NCBI RefSeq assembly: GCF_035440685.1
Contig: NZ_DAORMW010000011.1
From: Accumulibacter sp.
GTDB lineage: Bacteria; Pseudomonadota; Gammaproteobacteria; Burkholderiales; Rhodocyclaceae
Length of the DNA: 64,000 nucleotides
Direction: 5' to 3' (one strand)
Shown: piece after piece, positions 9,002 through 20,119 of the stretch
Position numbering within the stretch: position 1 is the first letter of the stretch
Layout of the letters: the number at the start of each line of letters is the position of its first letter
Made by a program: the position numbers and the translations under genes
The notes under the pieces: generated by a model
The model's database searches: none
Seen by the model: the letters and a program-made list of their open reading frames with translations, nothing else
Told to the model about the DNA's origin: nothing

Positions 9002-9409
9002 TCCTGGCTCCTTGTTTGGTTGATGGTACCCAGCGTAAAACCACATGCGTCAGCTTATGTCGCATGGAGTCTGGGCCGCTGCAGGTCCAAGAATCCAGCG
9101 GGCAGATGGAGAGGGTTACAGGGGCAAGCGTGACGCTCTGGTGTAGGGATGTGGCGAGGTGGTGTGTGCTTTTTTTCCGGCTGGTGTAGCGTTGCACTCT
9201 TGACGAGCTTTTTTCAGGCGGCGTGAAACCTTGTGAAGGCTGAGGTTCCAGGCTGCGTTTCGCACCACGCCAACATGCTCGTCGTCACCTATTGGCGTGG
9301 TGTGCGAACGAACAGCTTTTATCGCCCGATGAATCGGGCTCCTACATGGGCAGGCGCGTCGTTCTTTGGGTGGGAGTGATTCATTGGGCGATGTCTTACC
9401 AGAGGTGCG

Positions 9410-10018
9410 TCAGCGCTCGCCTCGGTTGCCAGGAGGTGCGCCGAGCAGCAGCGCCAGCGCACTGTCGGCGAGTTCATCCAGCGAAAGCTTGCCGTCGGCA
9501 CGATACCAGTGCTTCGACCAGTTGAGCATGCCGAACAGCAGCAGTCGCACCGGGGGCGTGGCGGAGGCGATCCTGCCGGCCTGCGCCAGTTCGTCGAGCG
9601 TCTCTTGCCACGGCACTTGGTAGCGGTCGAAGGCGGCGGCGATTTCCGCGTGCGCGGCGGCGTCGAGGGCGCGCGTTTCGCCGAGCAGCATCGGCGCCGG
9701 GCACTCGCCTTCGAGCAGGGTGCCGAGGTGGGTGCGGACCAGTATGCGCAGCCGCTGCTCGGGTTCGCCGACGCCGTCGATGGCGGCGAGCAGGCGCGTG
9801 TAGCCGGCGTCGAGGCCCTCGACCATCGCCGTCTTCAACAGCTCCTGTTTGCTGCGAAAGTGATAGAAGGGGCTGCCCGAGCGCATGCCGACGGCGTCGG
9901 CGATGTCGCGCGTGGTGGTGGCGTCGAAGCCCTTTTCGACGAACAGCCGTGCCGCGGCGCGCAGCAACTCGGCGCGGCGATTGGGCTCGAGCCCGGCTTC
10001 TGCCTTTCGTCTCGGCAT
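9410..10018 (-). CDS. TetR/AcrR family transcriptional regulator
   Basis: N-terminal HTH LLRAAARLFVEKGFDATTTRDIADAVGMRSGSPFYHF; 60 nt downstream of fadH on the same strand. Confidence 0.9.
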   Translation of the reverse strand: MPRRKAEAGLEPNRRAELLRAAARLFVEKGFDATTTRDIADAVGMRSGSPFYHFRSKQELLKTAMVEGLDAGYTRLLAAIDGVGEPEQRLRILVRTHLGTLLEGECPAPMLLGETRALDAAAHAEIAAAFDRYQVPWQETLDELAQAGRIASATPPVRLLLFGMLNWSKHWYRADGKLSLDELADSALALLLGAPPGNRGER

Positions 10019-10078
10019 CGGCTCAAGCCGGACCGAGGGCGTACGGCGCGCGCGGCGTGGCGCGCAGGCGGGTGATCG

Positions 10079-12187
<2,109 letters not shown>

Positions 12188-12280
12188 TTATTGTTCCGGA
12201 AGCAGGTATGGATTGCAAGCGCGGGGCTGCGCGACCGTCGTGTCCTGGCCGCGCCAGGGCGAGCAAGGCAATCGCTCCGT

Positions 12281-14380
12281 TCAGGGCTGGTGGCCCTTCG
12301 CCGCTTCCGCCCCGGCGGTATTGTCCAGCAAGCTCCGGGTGGCAATTTGCAGGAAGGCATCCAGCTTCGCTTTCAGTTCCGGGGCGAGGTCGATGGCGAT
12401 GCGTTCGGCTTTCGGATCAGCCCCCAACTGGTAGCTGTAGAGGCGGGGCTCGAAACCCTTGGGCTCGATCAGAATACGTTCGGGGGTGATCAGGGCGACG
12501 GTCTGATCGCCGCCCGAGGGCTTGACCACCCCGATTCCGAGGTCGCCCTCCGGCAGATTGAGCAGGTCGCGTCCCCAGCATTGATGGCGAACCGTGCCGC
12601 CGAGGCGACCCATGATCGTCGGCACCACGTCGACCTGCGTGCCGACGTGGTGATTGCGGCTGCCGAATTTTTCCTGAATTCCCGGAGCAATCAGCAACAG
12701 CGGCACATTGAAGCGGAAGAGGTCCATTTCGGTCAGTTGCTGGTCGCTGCCGAAGCCATGGTCGCCGACCACGACGAACAGGGTGTGCTTGTAATACGCC
12801 GACTTGCGCGCTTTCGCGAAGAACTCGCCGAGTGCCCAGTCGGCATAGCGCATGGCGGTCAGGTGTTCGCCGAAAATGCCGCGATCGGTCACCCGCTCGA
12901 TCGGAAGGACCTTTGGCAGCGCGTACGGGGTGTGGTTGGACAGCGTCTGCAGCAGGGCGTAGAAGGGCTTGTCGGCAGGCAGCTTGTCGAGTTCGGCGGC
13001 GGCGCGGTCGAACATGTCCTGATCGGAAACGCCCCAGGTCGGATCCATGTACACCGGGTCAACGAAATCCTCGCGGCCGATGAAGCGGGTCATTCCCTGG
13101 TTGCTGAAGAAGCCCGACTGGTTGTCCCACTGGAAGTTGCCGTTGTACACGTAGAGGTTGTCGTAGCCGCGCGCACTGAGCAGCTGCGGCAGGCCGGAGA
13201 ACTTGTGCGCGCCTTCGGGGGTGCGCATCAGGTACTCGAAAGCGGGCAGGTTCGGGAAGCAGGCCATCGTCGCGAACATGCCCTGGTGGGTGTGCGTGCC
13301 ATTGGAGAAGAAGCGGTCGAAGAGCAGGCCCTCCCTGGCCAGTGCGTCGAAGTGCGGGGTGATGTCGCCCGTGCCGCCCAGCGCGCCGACGAAATGCCCG
13401 GCGAAGCTTTCCATCAGGATGACCACGACGTTGCGAATCGGCAGGGTACGGTCGGCGGGCGGAGTGAAGTCACGGCGGATCGCCGCATTGTCGGCGTCGA
13501 CCAGGCGGTCGTGCGGCGTGAGCAGCAGCTGCCGTACGATGTCCAGCGCCTGTTCGTCGGGCATGGTCGATTGCCAGCTATTGCTGCGCTGCGAGGACAT
13601 GCTGGCCTCGGCCGCCGAGAGCAGCGTCAGCGAACCGTTGAGGCCCAGCTGATTGGCGAACATCGAATTGGTGGTGTAGGCGTCTCCCCAGCGCAGTGGC
13701 GGTCCCTGCCGCAAGTGGCCGCGGGCGGCGACCACGGCAAGCAGGGCGCAGAGGAGGAAAAGGCCGCTCCGCCAGTACCAGGTCGGCGCCGCGTATGCCG
13801 GTTGTGGCGGCGATTCTTCGTGCAGCGCCGGGATCACCGGTCGGCTGATCCGGTCTAGGCCCTTGAACAGTGTGGCCAGCAGCCAGGTGGCGATCGCCCA
13901 GGCCAGCAGATAGCGGCCAACCGGGAAGCCGTTCCACAACATGCTCCCCACCGTGGCCAGGTCTTCCTCGAAATACTGGAACACCAGGCCGTTCAGGCGC
14001 TGGTGGAATTCGCGATAGAAATCGAGCTCGGTAATGCCGAGCAGCAGGGTGAAACTGGCGAAGGCGGTCAGCCAGCCGCGCTGCAGAGCGCGGGCGGCCA
14101 TGGCGCGGACGCTGAGCAAAGCCAGCAGCAGTGGCGCGAGCGCATAGACCACCAGACGCACATCGAAACGCAGGCCGTTGTAGAAAGCCTCGACGAAGGT
14201 CGTTGCCGGGGTGTCGCCGATCAGCTCGCGGTTGTAGTACAGCAGCGTCATGCGCAACAAGGCGTACAGGGTGAGCAGCGCGGCGCCGCTGAGCAGGGTG
14301 AAGGCGAGGTGACTCTTCAGGGTCGGGCCGTTGATGCGGCGGCTGAGCGGCGGCGTACGCCGCGTGAGGGTGGCTGTCAT
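12281..14380 (-). CDS. LTA synthase / phosphoglycerol-transferase family sulfatase-like membrane protein
   Basis: N-terminal multi-TM region followed by a sulfatase domain (VVVILMESF, FFSNGTHTHQGMF, VVVGDHG). Confidence 0.85.
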   Translation of the reverse strand: MTATLTRRTPPLSRRINGPTLKSHLAFTLLSGAALLTLYALLRMTLLYYNRELIGDTPATTFVEAFYNGLRFDVRLVVYALAPLLLALLSVRAMAARALQRGWLTAFASFTLLLGITELDFYREFHQRLNGLVFQYFEEDLATVGSMLWNGFPVGRYLLAWAIATWLLATLFKGLDRISRPVIPALHEESPPQPAYAAPTWYWRSGLFLLCALLAVVAARGHLRQGPPLRWGDAYTTNSMFANQLGLNGSLTLLSAAEASMSSQRSNSWQSTMPDEQALDIVRQLLLTPHDRLVDADNAAIRRDFTPPADRTLPIRNVVVILMESFAGHFVGALGGTGDITPHFDALAREGLLFDRFFSNGTHTHQGMFATMACFPNLPAFEYLMRTPEGAHKFSGLPQLLSARGYDNLYVYNGNFQWDNQSGFFSNQGMTRFIGREDFVDPVYMDPTWGVSDQDMFDRAAAELDKLPADKPFYALLQTLSNHTPYALPKVLPIERVTDRGIFGEHLTAMRYADWALGEFFAKARKSAYYKHTLFVVVGDHGFGSDQQLTEMDLFRFNVPLLLIAPGIQEKFGSRNHHVGTQVDVVPTIMGRLGGTVRHQCWGRDLLNLPEGDLGIGVVKPSGGDQTVALITPERILIEPKGFEPRLYSYQLGADPKAERIAIDLAPELKAKLDAFLQIATRSLLDNTAGAEAAKGHQP

Positions 14381-14392
14381 GGTTGCGCGGAA

Positions 14393-14424
14393 TTTCAGAG
14401 TGTCAGAGTTTCAGAGTTTCAGAA
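14393..14424. repeat. 4 x 8-bp direct tandem repeat (TTTCAGAG/TGTCAGAG/TTTCAGAG/TTTCAGAA)
   Basis: Read directly; lies 13-44 nt upstream of the ATG (14380, minus strand) of the LTA-synthase-like gene. Confidence 0.8.
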
Positions 14425-14852
14425 TGAGGCGGGGGGCGGTCGATTTTCACAATGCGCTGGCCCCCTGTTGAGCCGGAAGCTAGTTGCCTGCCGACAGCGA
14501 GGGGGAGGATGGTTTTTTTGGAGCGCAGGTGGGTGAGGATGATCTGTAGCGCGCCAGCGGTGTCGAGCCGTCGCGCACGCGCCATGTGCGTTGCGTCTTC
14601 GGTGGGCCACAGGCTGTCGTTCGTGCATTGTACAAAACCGGCTGCGTTTGAGGCCATCGGCGACGATGTTCGGCCCTGTGATCGGGCATTGCTTGACGCA
14701 GCCCCATCGCTTCTCGGTCTGGCCGTTGCGTAGCCAAGGCACTGGCAGCGGGCCAACCTCCTGGCCGGTCACCAGACCGCCACGGAAATTCAGCTGGCCG
14801 GTCCGGTTTGGAGAGCCCACCGCGGAGTGCGCCCAGGCTGCCGTAGCCTTGC

Positions 14853-14895
14853 CGTGAAAGTCGCGTACGCGACTCGCGAAGCTCCCGTCTATTCG
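14853..14895. repeat. partial copy (left arm) of a dispersed hairpin repeat
   Basis: CGTGAAAGTCGCGTACGCGACTCGCGAAGCTCCCGTC matches the left part of the 44359-44442 copy nearly base for base. Confidence 0.6.
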
Positions 14896-15181
14896 GCAGT
14901 TGGCCTGTTTTCCGATGGGCTCTTGCCAGTACCGGGTCAGCGGCCATGCATGGTGTCAGATCAGGCATCGGCAGGGGGGCGAAGCCCGCGTTGAGGGACT
15001 TTCTAAGTTTCAGCTAATTCTTGGTCGCTATCTTCCTCGGCATGGCAAAGGCTCGCGCGCGCATTGCCCAGCTGCCGGGCAGGCCCTCCTTTCGAGCGCG
15101 CGCTTTGGCGGCACAGGATTCCGGCGACCTGAGGCGGCGGCGCGGCGAGTTTGTCGATACCTCTCTTCTGCTAAAGGAAAC

Positions 15182-15859
15182 ATGGAAATGAGCGCACCTA
15201 CGGTATTTCACAAGCACGCTTTCGCGACGCGCCTGCTCCATGCGGGCCTGGCCTTGGCGGTCATTCTGCAGCTCCTGAGCAGTCTGCCCATGGAGCCACC
15301 CGAACCCGATCACGCCGGCAACTGGTATTTCCAGCTTCACCAGTATTCCGGGCTGCTCGCCTTTGCCTTCGTCTTCGCTTTCTGGATGGTCCTGGCCATG
15401 CGCTCGCAAGGAACGGCGCCGGCTGCGTTGTTCCCCTGGTTCTCGGGCGCCCGCCTGCGTGCCTTGCGTACCGACACCAGAACCCATTTTGCCGCCTTGC
15501 TATCGCGCAGGCTGCCAGCCTACGATCCACACGCGGCGCTGCCGTCTGCAGTACATGGTCTCGGGGTATTGCTGATCTCGGCCATGGCGGTCAGCGGGCT
15601 GATCTACTATTTCATCAACAGCGGCGACCCGGATGCTGGTGGCCCTGTCGGCGCCGTGATGTTCGTACACCGAACGCTGGCCAAGCTCGTCTGGGCCTAT
15701 CTGCTCGGCCACGCCGGCCTGGCCCTTGTCCATCACTACGCGCACGACGTTTGCCTCGGAGCAATGTGGTCCCTCGACCGAGACGCGGCCGGGCAGGGAA
15801 ACGCTTCATCGGCGCCGAAGCCACAATCGATACCGACAGCGACTGCGCGGTCGCGCTGA
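15182..15859 (+). CDS. cytochrome b561 family membrane protein
   Basis: ATG at 15182 after AAAGGAAAC. Four TM helices with conserved His (RLLHAGLA, HQYSGLL, HGLGVLL, FVHRTLAKLVWAYLLGHAGLALVHHY). Confidence 0.75.
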   Translation: MEMSAPTVFHKHAFATRLLHAGLALAVILQLLSSLPMEPPEPDHAGNWYFQLHQYSGLLAFAFVFAFWMVLAMRSQGTAPAALFPWFSGARLRALRTDTRTHFAALLSRRLPAYDPHAALPSAVHGLGVLLISAMAVSGLIYYFINSGDPDAGGPVGAVMFVHRTLAKLVWAYLLGHAGLALVHHYAHDVCLGAMWSLDRDAAGQGNASSAPKPQSIPTATARSR

Positions 15860-16195
15860 GCGCGACCGTGCGGGCCTTCCTCCGGGGCTAAGGGTCATGC
15901 CACGAGGGGACACCCCAAGTCATGTAAGTCATGACCGGTGGCGGAGACTTAGAGGGAAAAATGGCGATTGCTGCCCCGGCGGTTACAGGACTTATACGCG
16001 AATGTCGGAGACCGGATAAGATCCGCATTCACCGCCACCAGAGGTTGCCAATGCCCGCTACCTTGCGCTCTCGATCCGCCATCCGGGGGAGCCCCGCACA
16101 CTGCGTCTTCGCTCCCGCAGCGGGAAGATCCGCCGGCCAGCCCGGGCCGTGCGCGAAGCGCACTGCGACCGTGCCGACAGGGCTGTAATCGCGGC

Positions 16196-19100
16196 ATGTC
16201 TCAGTCCTTATCCGGCGATCCGCAGCCAAGGCCAGGCAGCGGCCCGAAAATCGCCGCAGCCGTGTTCTTCGATCCAGCCAACAAGCGCTGGCCACGTCTT
16301 CGCCTGGGGATGGCGCTGATCGCTGTCACCCTGAGCCTGCTGCTCGGCGGACTGCTGCTCAGTATTCTGGCGGCACCGGTCTTGCCGGCGCTGCATCTGC
16401 CGAACGTCAGCTTTCTCCCGCACGGTGCGCACGCGGTCCCGGACCTCCCGGCGCTGGCTCCCGAACGACCCGCGAGTCGTCGTGAACGCGGCTTGCGCAA
16501 CGAGCAGCTCAAGCTCGCTCACGAGCGTGAGCGCAGCCTGCGGCAGCTGCTGCAGCCAGCGCGCGCGAATGCCGCGAACGTCGATCAGCAGCCACTGGCC
16601 ATCGGCTTTTTCGTCAACTGGGACGATGCCAGCATGAGCTCGCTGAAGGAGAACCTCGGCAGCCTGGATACGGTGATCGCCGAGTGGCTACACCTTGCGA
16701 GTGAGGACGGCACGCTGCGCGAGAACGATCCACTGCGCACCGCACACGTCACCGACTACATTCGTGCCCGCCGGCCCGACCTGACGCTGGTGCCACTGGT
16801 CAACAATTGGAACGGCCATGAATGGGAAGGCGCCAAGCTGGGACGCATGCTCGCCGAACCGGCCGCGCGCAAGCGAACGATCGAGCAGATCCTGGCTTTC
16901 GTCGAAAGCCATCGCTATGCCGGAATCAGCATCGATTTCGAGAACATGGCGGCCAGGGCGCAGCCCGATTTTCAGCGCTTCATGGCCGAGCTGTACGCCG
17001 TCATGCATCCGAGGAAGCTGCTGGTGTCGGTCAATGTGCCGGCTGCCGATGCCGCTTTCGACTACCGTCGCCTGGTTCGCAATGCCGACTACCTGATCCT
17101 GATGGCCTACGACGAGCACTGGGCCGATGGCACGCCGGGGCCGATCGCCAGTCTGCCATGGTTCGCACGCGTCCTGCGCGCCAGACAGCGCGATATCCCG
17201 GCCGAGAAAATGATCGTCGCCATCGGCAACTACGCCTACGATTGGGGGCCGCCCGGCCACCCGGCCGAGGAACGTACTTTCGAAGAGGCCGTGCTTACCG
17301 CCAAGGAATCGGAAGCCAGGCTGCAACTTGACCCGGCCTCGCTCAACCCGACCTTCGCCTACGCCGACGACGACGGCCGCCTCCATCACGTGTGGCTGCT
17401 CGACGCGGTGAGCGCCTTCAACCAGCTGCTTGCCCTGCGCTCGCTGCAGCCGCGTGGCGTCGCCCTGTGGCGGCTCGGCAGCGAGGATCCCGCCTTGTGG
17501 AAGATCTTCGGCAGGAAAGGTGCGCTGGACGCCGCGCGCGCCGAGGAACTCGGCGAGATTCGCTTCGCCTACGGCGTCGATTACGAAGGCAAGGGCGAAG
17601 TCCTCGACGTCACGGCGCAGCCGCAGATCGGCAGGCGGATCATCAAGTTCGACACGCAGCGTGGGCTTATCTCGGGCGAGCGCTTCACGGCTTATCCATC
17701 GCCCTACGTCATCACCCGCCACGGCGGCGCCGAACGCAAGATCGTCCTCACCTTCGATGACGGTCCGGATCCCCGGTTTACCCCACTGGTCCTCGACGCG
17801 CTGCGCGACGCCGGCGTGCCGGCGACCTTTTTCATCATCGGCGCCAACGGCCAGAACCATCCGGACTTGCTGCGCCGTGCGGTCAATGAGGGGCACGAGC
17901 TCGGCAACCACACTTTCACCCATCCGAACATTTCAAGCATCTCGCTGAAGCAACTGGAGCTCGAACTGTCGGCGACGCAACACTTGCTGGCCAGTGAGGT
18001 CGGTCGTCACTCCCTGCTGTTCCGCTCGCCCTATGCCGTCGACGCCGAACCGGAAACCATCGACCAGGTACGCCCAGTAGAATTCGCCGCGCAGCAAGGC
18101 TATGTCAACGTCGGCATGCAGATCGACCCGGACGACTGGAAGCGCCCCGGCACCGACGAGATCGTCAAGCGCGTCGTCGACGCGGCCGAGCGAGGCGAGG
18201 GCAACATCGTGCTGCTGCACGATTCGGGCGGCGACCGTACGCAGACGGTTGCGGCGATTCCACGCATCGCCGAAGCGCTACGCAAGCAGGGGTTCGAATT
18301 CGTCACCGTGGCGCAACTTCTCGGCCGCAGCCGCGACGCGATCATGCCGCCAGTGCCTCCCGAAGAGCAGTTGCGCAGCCGCTTGGACGGCGCCGCTTTC
18401 GCGGTCATCAATTGGGCGGGGACAGCGATCGACTGGCTCTTCGTGCTCGGCATCGTCCTCGGTATTGCCCGCCTGCTGTTCGTTGGCGGGCTCGCCATCT
18501 ACCAGCGCTACAGTGAGCGCCATCGCGTCTTTGATCCGGCCTATGCGCCATCGGTCGCGGTCGTCGTGCCGGCCTTCAACGAGGAAAAAGTGATCGTTCA
18601 GACAATCGCCTCGCTGCTCGCCTGTGACTCGCCGGGGGCGTTCGAGATCATCGTTGTCGACGACGGCTCCAGTGATGCCACCTATCGTGTGGCCAGCGAA
18701 GCCTTCGCCAACGACTCGCGCGTGCGCGTGTTCAGCCAGGCGAACGCTGGCAAGCCGGCAGCTCTCAACTTCGGCTTCGCCCAAGCGGGCGCCGAAATCG
18801 TTGTCGCCCTCGACGCCGACACGGTGTTCACCAGGGAGACGATCAGCAAGCTCGTTCGCCACTTCATCGACCCGCAGGTCGGTGCCGTTGCCGGCAACAC
18901 CAAGGTCGGCAATCGCGTCAATTTGCTCACTCGCTGGCAGGCGCTCGAGTACATCACGAGCCAGAATCTTGATCGCCGCGCCTTCGCCGTCCTCAACTGC
19001 ATCACCGTCGTTCCCGGCGCCGTCGGCGCCTGGCGTCGCGAACTCGTCGACCGTGCCGGCGGCTTCAGGCACGACACCCTGGCCGAAGACGCCGACCTCA

Positions 19101-19666
19101 CCCTGGCCATTCGCAAGCTCGGCAAGCGCATTGTCTATGAAGAAGAAGCCATCGCCCTGACGGAAGCGCCGGACACCGTGCGCGGCTTCATAGGCCAGCG
19201 CTACCGCTGGATGTATGGCACCATGCAAGCGGCCTGGAAGCATCGCGATGTCCTGTTCCGTCCGCGTTTCGGCGCGCTCGGCTTTGTCGCCCTGCCCAAT
19301 GTGGTCATTTTTCAGGTGCTCTTCCCGCTGCTCTCACCGATCATGGACCTGTTACTGATCGGCTCGCTGGGGTCGGCCGCCTTCAACTACTCGCATCACC
19401 CGGAGGAGTATTCCGCCGACAACCTATGGCGGGTCCTTTTCTACTACGCGCTCTTCGTCAGCGTCGATTACCTGGCCGCCATCCTCGCCTTCGCCCTCGA
19501 ACGCAAGGAAAGCTGGGGCCTGTTGGTCTGGCTGTTCTGGCAGCGCTTCTTCTATCGCCAGTTGATGTACTACGTCGCCATCAAGAGCACCGTGACCTCG
19601 CTGAAAGGCGTACTCGTTGGCTGGGGCAAGCTGGAACGTAAGGCGACGGTTCAGGCGCAGGCTTGA
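16196..19666 (+). CDS. multidomain exopolysaccharide synthase: N-terminal TM + GH18-like domain + NodB polysaccharide deacetylase + family-2 glycosyltransferase
   Basis: ATG at 16196. NodB motifs LTFDDGPD and HELGNHTFTHP. GT2 motifs VVVPAFNEE, VVDDGSSD, LDADT, QRYRWMYG. C-terminal TM helices. Confidence 0.85.
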   Translation: MSQSLSGDPQPRPGSGPKIAAAVFFDPANKRWPRLRLGMALIAVTLSLLLGGLLLSILAAPVLPALHLPNVSFLPHGAHAVPDLPALAPERPASRRERGLRNEQLKLAHERERSLRQLLQPARANAANVDQQPLAIGFFVNWDDASMSSLKENLGSLDTVIAEWLHLASEDGTLRENDPLRTAHVTDYIRARRPDLTLVPLVNNWNGHEWEGAKLGRMLAEPAARKRTIEQILAFVESHRYAGISIDFENMAARAQPDFQRFMAELYAVMHPRKLLVSVNVPAADAAFDYRRLVRNADYLILMAYDEHWADGTPGPIASLPWFARVLRARQRDIPAEKMIVAIGNYAYDWGPPGHPAEERTFEEAVLTAKESEARLQLDPASLNPTFAYADDDGRLHHVWLLDAVSAFNQLLALRSLQPRGVALWRLGSEDPALWKIFGRKGALDAARAEELGEIRFAYGVDYEGKGEVLDVTAQPQIGRRIIKFDTQRGLISGERFTAYPSPYVITRHGGAERKIVLTFDDGPDPRFTPLVLDALRDAGVPATFFIIGANGQNHPDLLRRAVNEGHELGNHTFTHPNISSISLKQLELELSATQHLLASEVGRHSLLFRSPYAVDAEPETIDQVRPVEFAAQQGYVNVGMQIDPDDWKRPGTDEIVKRVVDAAERGEGNIVLLHDSGGDRTQTVAAIPRIAEALRKQGFEFVTVAQLLGRSRDAIMPPVPPEEQLRSRLDGAAFAVINWAGTAIDWLFVLGIVLGIARLLFVGGLAIYQRYSERHRVFDPAYAPSVAVVVPAFNEEKVIVQTIASLLACDSPGAFEIIVVDDGSSDATYRVASEAFANDSRVRVFSQANAGKPAALNFGFAQAGAEIVVALDADTVFTRETISKLVRHFIDPQVGAVAGNTKVGNRVNLLTRWQALEYITSQNLDRRAFAVLNCITVVPGAVGAWRRELVDRAGGFRHDTLAEDADLTLAIRKLGKRIVYEEEAIALTEAPDTVRGFIGQRYRWMYGTMQAAWKHRDVLFRPRFGALGFVALPNVVIFQVLFPLLSPIMDLLLIGSLGSAAFNYSHHPEEYSADNLWRVLFYYALFVSVDYLAAILAFALERKESWGLLVWLFWQRFFYRQLMYYVAIKSTVTSLKGVLVGWGKLERKATVQAQA

Positions 19667-19840
19667 CTGTGTCATCAGCCCTTGATGAACCACGGCACTG
19701 GCAGCCGATCAGTCTGTGACGACAGTCATCTGGCGAACCAGTCTCCAGCCTGCCACCGTTCATCGACAATCCGGGCTCGCCGGGCTGCGGCGGCAGGCGA
19801 TCGGCGCCACGCCGCAGTCGCCGGGAGGCGCGAACGAGAT

Positions 19841-19960
19841 CTACAGCGCCGTCGCAGCGTGCCGCCGGCGCATCTGGCCCGCCAGCACCAAGGCGAGCGC
19901 AGCGAGGCCGAGCGCTCCCGGTTCGGGCACCGCGTTCGTGCGAACGTAGGTCCGGAATCT
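19841..19960 (-). pseudogene. PEP-CTERM sorting-signal remnant (frame-disrupted)
   Basis: Minus-strand frame reads ...TYVRTNAVPEPGALGLAALALVLAGQMRRRHAATAL-stop, a textbook PEP-CTERM tail. That frame opens just after a TAG and has no usable start. The upstream coding-like stretch is in another frame. Confidence 0.4.
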
Positions 19961-20119
19961 CGGCGGTACCCAGCGTGATGCTCGTGAAAGGGACGTTAAA
20001 AATGTCTAGCGCGGGGACGGTGATCGGAATGACGCTCAGAGTCGACAATACGAATAATCCGGGTGGCCAAGGGAAAGCGCTGTAATAATTTTCGACAGGC
20101 AAGACAACTGCGGAGTGAC

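Noticed and set aside
6494-9133. Long plus-strand ORFs (486 aa and 390 aa) opposite the AAA+ ATPase gene
   Set aside because: They are antisense shadows typical of high-GC DNA, with Gly/Arg/Ala-rich translations and no motifs. The minus strand carries two complete AAA+ modules.
780-9200. Boundaries of a mobile genomic island (integrase, tRNA, att repeats)
   Set aside because: I searched by eye for tRNA-like cloverleaves, integrase/transposase motifs and flanking direct repeats and found none. The island interpretation rests only on gene content and the local GC drop.
9271-9315. Inverted repeat CACCACGCCAA...TTGGCGTGGTG as a TetR operator or terminator
   Set aside because: It lies downstream of the TetR gene, not in its promoter, and lacks a flanking T-run. 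It may be a weak terminator but cannot be supported.
15860-16195. Possible c-di-GMP riboswitch or other leader element upstream of the polysaccharide synthase
   Set aside because: No recognisable GEMM-I/II core. Only a short palindrome (GTCATGAC) was seen, which is insufficient.
19581-20102. 173-aa minus-strand ORF
   Set aside because: It starts with TTG and has no signal peptide or RBS. Only its out-of-frame 3' portion (the PEP-CTERM tail) looks biological, and that is reported as a remnant instead.
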